From: an uncultured Candidatus Saccharibacteria bacterium
GTDB taxonomy: Bacteria; Patescibacteriota; Dojkabacteria; SC72; WJKH01
Assembly: GCA_964602665.1 (NCBI GenBank)
Contig: CAZRRH010000001.1
Coordinates: 72,414 to 136,413, forward strand
DNA: 64,000 nucleotides
Reading direction: 5' to 3'
Within the stretch, counting starts at the first letter, position 1, and each line of letters begins with the position of its first letter. The notes under the pieces are model-generated. The model was not told the DNA's origin, searched no databases, and saw nothing but the letters and a program-made list of their open reading frames with translations. Shown here piece after piece: positions 56,634 through 64,000 of the stretch. A program made the position numbers and the translations under genes.

Positions 56634-58439
56634 ATGATAAAAAAGTTATCAGAAGACACAATAAATAAAATTGCAGCTGGAGAAGTTGTTGAGAGGCCGG
56701 CTTCAGTTGTAAAGGAGTTGATAGACAACGCATTGGACGCTAAAGCTACACAAATTAAAATATGGTTGTCTGAAGGGGGTAAAAAGCTTGTACAAGTAGA
56801 AGATAATGGTTGTGGAATTGTGCCAGAGGAGCTCAGATTAGCATTCGCGCCTCACAGTACAAGTAAAATCTCAAGCATAGATGATCTTAATAAATTAATT
56901 ACAATGGGATTTCGTGGAGAGGCTTTATCTACAATACAATCAGTTTCAAAGGTTAAAATCCTTTCAAAAACTAAAGAAAATCAAGATGCTTACCAGCTTG
57001 ATCTTACAACTTTAGAAAATCTTAAGCCCCAAAAAGCAGCTGGATTAGACGGAACAACGGTTACTGTATCAGAGCTGTTTTATAATGTTCCTGCAAGATT
57101 AAGATTTCTAAGGCAGGAGCAAACTGAGTATCGTAAAATTCTTGAGCTGTTGCAATCTTATTTTATAATAAATCCTGGCGTTAAATTTGAGCTGTACAAA
57201 GATGGCAAACAGGTAATAAAATTATCAAATAGCAGTTTTATTGATAGAGCCAAAGCAGTATTAAAAGCTGATTGGATAAACGATTCGTATGAGATTAATA
57301 CAAAAATTGATGGTGTCAAAATCTTTGGAATAATTGCTCAGCCTCATTATCACAATAGAAAGGTAGCACATCAATATATCTTTATAAATAACCGCCCCAT
57401 AACAGATCACGCAATTGCTAAGAGCGTTTCTTTGGGTTACGAAGGATATATCCCTGAGAATGATAGGATTCCCTTTATAATATCTCTGAGCGTAAGATCA
57501 GATTTAGTTGATGTAAATGTACATCCGAGGAAAGAAGAAGTAGCTTTCCTTAATCCGTTTAGAGTTTATAATGCCGTCACACAAGCTGTAGCACATATTG
57601 TTAAAAGCAACAAAAATTATCAGGAAACATCTAGCTTTTTCGATATAAACAAACCTAGAACTGGTAGTGGCTTTTTAGCAGAATCTCCAAATGATGCTTA
57701 CAAAGTTAGTAAAAAGAGTGGATTTAACGATAACTATAAATATCCAAAATCAAATACGGCAAGTGTGCAGGCGGGTTTGAAATTCTCAGAGGCAGTAATG
57801 ATGCAAGATAAAAACTTTGATCAGGTGAAATATGATAAAAGTAGCCAGACCGAATTTTCAGATACAGAAAAGGAAAAGTTAACACAACCAATCAATTATC
57901 TACAGATTTTTAACAAATTTGTTCTTATAGAATTTGCGGATAAAATATTAGTGGTTGATCAACATGCAGCCGCCGAGAGAGTGACATTTGAGAGATTAAT
58001 GCAAAGAGATAATAAACTAGAAATTGTAAGTCAGAAATTACTTATCCCACTGAAATTGTCTTTTGATGGCTCAAGAGTTGAATACATAAGAGAGCAAATA
58101 GAATTTTTTAGGGAAATAGGCTTTGATATAGAGTTTAAAAATAAAGAAGCAATAATACTTCAAGTTCCAGCTGATTTTGTTGGTGCAGATTTCGAGAAAA
58201 TGTTTACAGAAATAATTTTTGATGAGAGTAAAGAGCCTTTTGTTAGAAGAAAAACAGATATAATCGCAACAATGGCATGCCATACAAGTATTCGAACGGG
58301 TCAAAAGCTTGTCTTTGATGAGATAAAATCATTGTGGGCATCTCTTATAAGATGTGAAAATCCTTACAGTTGTCCACACGGTCGTCCAATTGTTTGGGAG
58401 ATAAAATTATCAGATTTAGATAGTAAATTTGAAAGATAA
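56634..58439 (+). CDS. mutL: DNA mismatch repair endonuclease MutL
   Basis: IAAGEVVERP, GFRGEAL, DVNVHPRK; endonuclease motifs DQHAAAE, ACH, CPHGRP. Confidence 0.97.
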   Translation: MIKKLSEDTINKIAAGEVVERPASVVKELIDNALDAKATQIKIWLSEGGKKLVQVEDNGCGIVPEELRLAFAPHSTSKISSIDDLNKLITMGFRGEALSTIQSVSKVKILSKTKENQDAYQLDLTTLENLKPQKAAGLDGTTVTVSELFYNVPARLRFLRQEQTEYRKILELLQSYFIINPGVKFELYKDGKQVIKLSNSSFIDRAKAVLKADWINDSYEINTKIDGVKIFGIIAQPHYHNRKVAHQYIFINNRPITDHAIAKSVSLGYEGYIPENDRIPFIISLSVRSDLVDVNVHPRKEEVAFLNPFRVYNAVTQAVAHIVKSNKNYQETSSFFDINKPRTGSGFLAESPNDAYKVSKKSGFNDNYKYPKSNTASVQAGLKFSEAVMMQDKNFDQVKYDKSSQTEFSDTEKEKLTQPINYLQIFNKFVLIEFADKILVVDQHAAAERVTFERLMQRDNKLEIVSQKLLIPLKLSFDGSRVEYIREQIEFFREIGFDIEFKNKEAIILQVPADFVGADFEKMFTEIIFDESKEPFVRRKTDIIATMACHTSIRTGQKLVFDEIKSLWASLIRCENPYSCPHGRPIVWEIKLSDLDSKFER

Positions 58440-58443
58440 AGTT

Positions 58444-58662
58444 ATGCTTGGAATTTTTAAAAAGAAAAAAGTAGTAGACGATAAACAAGAAGAAAAATCT
58501 GATTTGGTGCTTAAAAGCAAAAGAGATCTTGATTTGATAAAGCAGAATGAAAGAGCAATGCAAAAAGGAGTAACGCCGACGCTGCAAAATAAAAAGGCTC
58601 AAGAATACGCTCCGCAAATTTCTGAAGCGCTCAAAATATCTAACCCTTTTAAAGGAGAATAA
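58444..58662 (+). CDS. Small hypothetical protein
   Basis: Fills the gap between mutL and the ABC ATPase; ATG 58444. Confidence 0.5.
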   Translation: MLGIFKKKKVVDDKQEEKSDLVLKSKRDLDLIKQNERAMQKGVTPTLQNKKAQEYAPQISEALKISNPFKGE

Positions 58663-58664
58663 TT

Positions 58665-59333
58665 ATGATAAAAGTAGAAAAACTAAAAAAGATATACAAA
58701 ATGGGAAAGAATAATTCAGTGATTGCTTTAGATGGATTATCTTTTGAACTGCAAGACTCAGAAGTATTGGCTTTGATTGGTAGCTCCGGATCTGGTAAAT
58801 CGTCATTTTTAAATGTATTGGGCGGTTTAGATACAAAATATCAGGGCAAAATTTCTATTAACGATAAAGACATACGCAAATATGATCAAACATATTATCG
58901 TAGATTTATGGTCGGTACAATATTCCAGCAGTTCTATTTAATTCCTAAGCTTGATGTTTTAGAAAATATAATGTTACCGATTTCTTTTGGGAAACAGCTT
59001 AAAAAACAGGACGCAAAAGAACGAGCAAAGTATTTATTAGATAAAGTTGGTTTGTATGAAAGAAGAAATCATAAGCCATCGGAATTATCAGGAGGTCAAG
59101 CGCAAAGAGTCGCAATAGCAAGAGCATTAATGGCTAAACCATCATTGCTTTTAGCAGACGAACCAACTGGAAACTTGGATAGCAAAACGGGTGAACAGAT
59201 ATTAGACTTAATGATGGAACTAAATAAAGAAGAAGGAAGCACAATGATAATAGTCTCTCATGATGTCGCTATTGCAAATAGAATAAAGAAAAAAATAATT
59301 TTAAGAGATGGAAAGAATGTCGCAGATAATTAA
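58665..59333 (+). CDS. ABC ATP-binding protein (LolD/MacB-type)
   Basis: GSSGSGKS, LSGGQAQRVAIARAL, LADEPTGNLD. Confidence 0.94.
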   Translation: MIKVEKLKKIYKMGKNNSVIALDGLSFELQDSEVLALIGSSGSGKSSFLNVLGGLDTKYQGKISINDKDIRKYDQTYYRRFMVGTIFQQFYLIPKLDVLENIMLPISFGKQLKKQDAKERAKYLLDKVGLYERRNHKPSELSGGQAQRVAIARALMAKPSLLLADEPTGNLDSKTGEQILDLMMELNKEEGSTMIIVSHDVAIANRIKKKIILRDGKNVADN

Positions 59334-60621
59334 ATATGCTTTAAATTTGGTTTTTAGAAGAAAGCTTCGTACTTTACTGACAAGTCTTGGCATAACAATT
59401 TCTGTTATACTGTTAAGCTTTATAATTTTTGGCATGAAAGGGCTTGAAAATGCATTAATAAACGAGTTTACTAGCAGATTTGATCCTAATGAAATAACGG
59501 TATTTAACGATAGCAGAATCAATGCTTTTGCAAGTGGTATGAGCCAAGAAGATGGTCGCAAAAAAGAGAAAAAATACGAGGTGATGAATGAAGAGGTTGT
59601 TGAGTTAATAAAAAACACACAAAAAGCAGAAAGTGTACAGCCCATTATAATGATAATGACATTTGACATTTACATTGATGGTATTGATGATCCATATCTG
59701 GATAATAATGTTGTAGGAATGGATTCTAAAGGCGATGATAATTTCTTCGTAGAGTATACAAAGGTAAGTATTGATTCTGATAAATATTTAGATTCTGAAA
59801 ATGTATATATAAGTAAGATGCTCTTAGACTATTATGATCTATCAGCAGACGAGCTAAGAGATAGAAAGATTGTTTTAAAGCCGACTAGAAATTCATTGAA
59901 TGTTGCACCATCAAAAACACTTTCTGGTAAAACATATGAACTTAAAGTAGGAGGAATAATTGATTCAGGGCAAGACAGGATGAGTCTTGTAATGTCCTTG
60001 GATAATGCAGAAAAAATACTTGCAGATATTGGAGGCTATGATAGTAAAGAATCTGTTATAAAAGAATACGGTTATACCCAGCTTATAGTTGAGGCAAAAG
60101 AAGGCCAAGTCGATGAACTTAAGAAATACATAGACGAGGAGCTGGGCTTTACTGCTTTTACTGCACAAGATTTTCTCTCTTTTATAAAAACACTTACAAA
60201 TGGGCTGACTCTTGCTCTTGTTCTTTTTGGTGTCGTATCCTGTTTTGTAGCAAGCATTGGTATTGTAAACACTATGGTGATGAGTATTTATGAGCAGACA
60301 AGAGAAATAGGTATAATTAAAGCTATCGGAGCAAATAACTTCCAGGTATTGGCGATCTTTTTAATGCAGTCTATGGTTATTGGATTAATAGGTGGCGTAT
60401 TAGGAGTTGGGTTTGTGCTCATAGTGGCCCATTTTGTTGATCCAATTATCGTCGAGCAGTTAAATCAGCAAGGATTTACTCTTACACATTTCTTCTCAAT
60501 TGAGCCGATAACAGTTGCAAGCATAGTCTTCGCTAGTATAGTTGTGGGAATAGTTGCTGGAATATATCCATCTGTAAGAGCGAGTAGGTTAGATCCAGTA
60601 AAGGCGTTGAGATACGAGTAG
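59317..60621 (+). CDS. ABC permease (MacB/FtsX-type)
   Basis: RTLLTSLGI, IVNTMVMSIYEQTREIGIIKAIGA, LDPVKALRYE. Confidence 0.93.
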   Translation: MSQIIKYALNLVFRRKLRTLLTSLGITISVILLSFIIFGMKGLENALINEFTSRFDPNEITVFNDSRINAFASGMSQEDGRKKEKKYEVMNEEVVELIKNTQKAESVQPIIMIMTFDIYIDGIDDPYLDNNVVGMDSKGDDNFFVEYTKVSIDSDKYLDSENVYISKMLLDYYDLSADELRDRKIVLKPTRNSLNVAPSKTLSGKTYELKVGGIIDSGQDRMSLVMSLDNAEKILADIGGYDSKESVIKEYGYTQLIVEAKEGQVDELKKYIDEELGFTAFTAQDFLSFIKTLTNGLTLALVLFGVVSCFVASIGIVNTMVMSIYEQTREIGIIKAIGANNFQVLAIFLMQSMVIGLIGGVLGVGFVLIVAHFVDPIIVEQLNQQGFTLTHFFSIEPITVASIVFASIVVGIVAGIYPSVRASRLDPVKALRYE

Positions 60622-60642
60622 AATTGTGATATAATATCCGTT

Positions 60643-61272
60643 ATGCCAACGAATTTAGAGGAAAACATACAGAAAGTAGAACAATTAAACGGATCAATTT
60701 CAGCTGAAAGCATGGAAATGCCACCTCAGGCATTAATTGTTGCCGGCGTAGTCGATGTGCAGGGATGGGCAATGATGTCTTTAGATGCAAGAAAACAAGT
60801 ATTAATCTCTGTCCTAGGACCTGAATATAATAAAAAGCTTGGTCTTGAAACACAAGCAGAGATGAGTCTTCCAGAAGATAAATCTGTTTCTGCAGCTGAA
60901 GTGCCTGTAAATAAAGATGAGATTACTCAGCTTCGGGATGAATTTGATAAACTTAAAAAAGAAGGTGAGATACTAACGGCAGAAGATAGAGAAAGAATTC
61001 ATGCTGAGAAAGGCGGTTTTGCCAATACAGGGATTGCGCCAGTACAAAAGCCAGCGGATGATAACTCAAAAAGTACTCAAAATCCCACATCATCTGCCCA
61101 AGATGTTGATAATGATGAAAAACCTGTAATAAAGTTTTTTGGTTATATGCCAACATTGGAGCTAATAAATAATTACCGATCTGTTCTTAACGACTCAAAA
61201 AAGGATGCTAAGGATAGCGAAAAATGGCTGTCTATGCTTATAAAAAAGATCCTTTTTAGATCTGATGATTAG
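60643..61272 (+). CDS. Hypothetical protein
   Basis: 209-aa ORF with its own TGn-TATAAT 7 nt before the ATG. Confidence 0.65.
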   Translation: MPTNLEENIQKVEQLNGSISAESMEMPPQALIVAGVVDVQGWAMMSLDARKQVLISVLGPEYNKKLGLETQAEMSLPEDKSVSAAEVPVNKDEITQLRDEFDKLKKEGEILTAEDRERIHAEKGGFANTGIAPVQKPADDNSKSTQNPTSSAQDVDNDEKPVIKFFGYMPTLELINNYRSVLNDSKKDAKDSEKWLSMLIKKILFRSDD

Positions 61273-61303
61273 TCTTGTTTTAAAATAAAATAAAGAAAAT
61301 CAG

Positions 61304-62221
61304 ATGACAGAAAAGCTGCCTGTTTCAATAGTGATTCCTACAAAGAACGAGAGTGTATTACTACCTCGTTTGTTAGAAAGTATCCAGAAGCAAAAATACC
61401 AACCTCTTGAAGTTATCGTAGCTGATGCTTTTTCAACTGATGACACAAGGAATATTGCAAAAAAATACAAGGCAAAGGTAATAGATGGTGGAAGACTATC
61501 TATTGGGAGAAACAATGGTGCAAAGGAGGCAGAAGGGGAAATAATCTTTTTTATGGATGCAGACGCTCAGCTTCCTGATAACAATTTTATAAAAAGGGTG
61601 TACGATAACTTTATACGATCAAAAAGCGATATTGGGTCTACCCTCTTTAAAATTGACAGCGAGTCAAAAAAATATCCGGTAGCCTTTATATTTTATAATC
61701 TCTATGTTTTATTAAAGCTTATAAGTAGTTGGCTAAAAGAGCCATTTATTGAATCAGGGCTTTTCTTGATTTCGACTAGAGAGGCTTTTGCAAGGATCGG
61801 TGGCTTTAAAGATGTAAAACATGGTATTCCAGAGGATCTTGAATATATGCTTCATGGAATACATCTTGGGATGAAATATACGGTTTTACATGATAAGATA
61901 ATCGGTTCTGCAAGACGATATTACAATCTGTTTTCTGCAATTAAAACAGTAATGGGCGCAATATTATGTGGTTGGGTGGTTAAATTTAATCTTTATGACA
62001 AAGAGAAATTTATTGACCTTTCTTCTAAAATGTATGGAGAGTTAGGTGGCAAAGATAAAAACACAGAAGAAAAAAAATGGAATGCATGGGTTGCAGACTC
62101 AAGAAATAAAATATCAAATTATACAATGATTAGCAAAACGGTAGCACTAATAGGAGCGATTCTTGGGGTAGGATTAGTTTTATTAAAGCTGTTATCTCCG
62201 AGAAAACGACCCGAGAAATAG
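61304..62221 (+). CDS. GT2 glycosyltransferase
   Basis: SIVIPTKNE, DAFSTD, GRNNG, FMDAD, GGF..ED, SARR; C-terminal TM helix. Confidence 0.9.
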   Translation: MTEKLPVSIVIPTKNESVLLPRLLESIQKQKYQPLEVIVADAFSTDDTRNIAKKYKAKVIDGGRLSIGRNNGAKEAEGEIIFFMDADAQLPDNNFIKRVYDNFIRSKSDIGSTLFKIDSESKKYPVAFIFYNLYVLLKLISSWLKEPFIESGLFLISTREAFARIGGFKDVKHGIPEDLEYMLHGIHLGMKYTVLHDKIIGSARRYYNLFSAIKTVMGAILCGWVVKFNLYDKEKFIDLSSKMYGELGGKDKNTEEKKWNAWVADSRNKISNYTMISKTVALIGAILGVGLVLLKLLSPRKRPEK

Positions 62222-62289
62222 ATTTTTAGCAACAAGATTTTAGAGGTTTTCCTCTGTTTTAAAAAATCAAAATATGGTATTCTATAAAT

Positions 62290-64000
62290 ATGGATTTTAG
62301 AATTTTAGCTCAGATAGTCGGACCCGAATTACCGGCAAATTATCAAACAGCAACGGAACAAAATGGCAATGTCCTAATCAATGGTGGAAAAGATATTTCT
62401 TTTTCTGATTATGCCGTTTATATCGTCTGGGGGCTTTTCTTTTTGTTTTTTATCGGCACATTTGCGGCTTTTATAGTTTTCTATTTCAAAAAATTAAAAA
62501 AGGAAGATAGAGATGAAAAAGCAAAAAAATCTGTTCTAATGGAAGTAAGGGTTCCAAGAGGTAATGAGTATGAAATAGCTGTTGCAGAGCAGATGTTCTC
62601 AAATCTACACAGTATAGATGGCGCAAAAGAAGGCTGGAAAAAATGGGTGACAGTAAATCATTCTATAAGTTTTGAGATAGTAGGATTGCCAGGGGAAATT
62701 AGATTTTATGTTTACTGTCCACAGAAGTATGCTAATCTTGTTGAAAAACAGATAGTTGGTGCTTATCAGGATGCGGACATACAAATAGTGGAGGAGCATA
62801 ATATTTTCAAAGAAAACAGTAAAGTTGCATATACAAGTCTTATTACATCTGATGAGCCATATTACCCACTTAAAACTCATGAAGATTTTAAAGCAGACAC
62901 AATAAGCAGCGTATTAAGTGCTATGAGTAAACTACAAGATGGAGAAGGGGCTTTAATACAAATATTAATAACACCCGCTGGAAAAGACTGGCAAAAAAGC
63001 GGACAAGGATTTATCGAAAAAGTTGAGAAAAACAATGCTGATCCAGAGAAGAAAAGGATACATATAAGTCAGGAGCAATCTGAAGGTATTCGTAAAAAAA
63101 CATCAAAAGTTGGATATTATACTTCTATAAGAATTATTGCAACAGCGCCTGAGCAAGAACAGGCTGATTCCCATCTAAGTAGTATTGTTGGCGCATTTGA
63201 TCAGTTTAATAATCCGGGTCTTAATGAACTCAAAAAAGAGAAAATCGATAGACTAAGAGAGATGGAGTTTATTGAAGATGTGATATACAGGAAACCTCCT
63301 ATGGGTGCGATTTTCCCAATACTCAAAAAGATTACTCCCAAGAAATTTTTTAATGATAGCACGATATTAAATGTGGCAGAGTTGGCAACTATCTTTCACT
63401 TGCCAAATAAAAACACTGTCATCCCTAATATTCACTGGCTTTTGGCGAGAGAATTACCTGCCGATACAAGTATTAGCTCAGAAGTGAATTCAAAAAACAC
63501 AATATGGATTGGTGATAATGTTTTTAGAGGAGTGCGCAAAAGGATTTGTTTTGAAAGAGAGGATAGACGAAGACACGCTTACATCATTGGACAAACCGGT
63601 TCAGGTAAATCATATTTGCAGGTTAGGATGATGATACAGGATATTTACAATGGAGATGGGCTATGCTTCATGGATCCGCACGGGTCTACGGCAAGAATGT
63701 TGCTTGATCGAATACCTCATGAGAGAGCAGAAGATGTTATTTACTTAAATGTATCAGATTTTGAACGGCCACTTGGTATAAACCTGATGGATTTCCGAAA
63801 TGAGCAGGAAAAGCACATGATTATTAATGGAATGATAGACTTGATGAAAAAGTTATACGATCCAAATAATCAGGGAATTGTTGGCCCTATCCTAGAAAGA
63901 GCTGTAAGAAATGCTATGTTGACGGTTATGTCTGAGGAAGGATCAACGCTGGTTGAGGTGTTAAGAGTTATCACAGATCAGGAGTGGGTAAATAAGAAAT
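62290..64000 (+). CDS. Membrane-anchored VirB4/TraG/HerA-like ATPase (partial, runs off the window)
   Basis: Not in the ORF track. MDFRILAQ..., TM helix, 'EVRVPR...AEQMFSNLHSI', 'DRRRHAYIIGQTGSGKS' Walker A, 'MDPHG'. Confidence 0.85.
   Translation, partial: MDFRILAQIVGPELPANYQTATEQNGNVLINGGKDISFSDYAVYIVWGLFFLFFIGTFAAFIVFYFKKLKKEDRDEKAKKSVLMEVRVPRGNEYEIAVAEQMFSNLHSIDGAKEGWKKWVTVNHSISFEIVGLPGEIRFYVYCPQKYANLVEKQIVGAYQDADIQIVEEHNIFKENSKVAYTSLITSDEPYYPLKTHEDFKADTISSVLSAMSKLQDGEGALIQILITPAGKDWQKSGQGFIEKVEKNNADPEKKRIHISQEQSEGIRKKTSKVGYYTSIRIIATAPEQEQADSHLSSIVGAFDQFNNPGLNELKKEKIDRLREMEFIEDVIYRKPPMGAIFPILKKITPKKFFNDSTILNVAELATIFHLPNKNTVIPNIHWLLARELPADTSISSEVNSKNTIWIGDNVFRGVRKRICFEREDRRRHAYIIGQTGSGKSYLQVRMMIQDIYNGDGLCFMDPHGSTARMLLDRIPHERAEDVIYLNVSDFERPLGINLMDFRNEQEKHMIINGMIDLMKKLYDPNNQGIVGPILERAVRNAMLTVMSEEGSTLVEVLRVITDQEWVNKK

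Noticed and set aside
62605-62880. 91-aa minus-strand ORF
   Set aside because: Antisense to the long ATPase ORF starting at 62290
1-64000. CRISPR array, rRNA, IS/transposase, stop-codon reassignment
   Set aside because: No regularly spaced repeats or such genes seen by eye; conserved genes are full length in the standard code and TGA ends mutS and hisS normally

Overview
Low-GC, gene-dense bacterial chromosomal segment spanning the replication origin (dnaA-oriC-dnaN at about 20.2-23.2 kb). A short IF2, a Lon-like ATPase without a protease domain, an FtsA-like gene paired with a baseplate-J-like gene, a VirB4/TraG-like membrane ATPase and few Shine-Dalgarno sites suggest a Patescibacteria/CPR genome (inference, no database search). 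Content is mostly housekeeping: pnp, rpsO, infB, nusA, dnaJ, holA, mutS, mutL, hisS, groES/groEL, thyA/folA, a PBP1-MltG-LCP cell-wall operon, a three-subunit 2-oxoacid oxidoreductase and two tRNA-Ser genes. No CRISPR array, integrase or transposase was seen. The strongest candidate for an undescribed system is at 28.6-29.1 kb. A TrpR/YerC-like repressor gene has its only two His codons at its 3' end, directly before a 1:2/2:3/3:4 attenuator that precedes hisS, so the repressor ORF may double as a His-sensing leader peptide. Its promoter also overlaps a trp-operator-like site. Other highlights: a variant CIRCE-like operator at both dnaJ and groES, a tRNA-Ser(CGA) with a 49-nt variable region, a tRNA 3'-end duplicate carrying a hairpin in its T-loop, and a kinase-nucleotidyltransferase-HIT-deaminase cluster facing thyA-folA.
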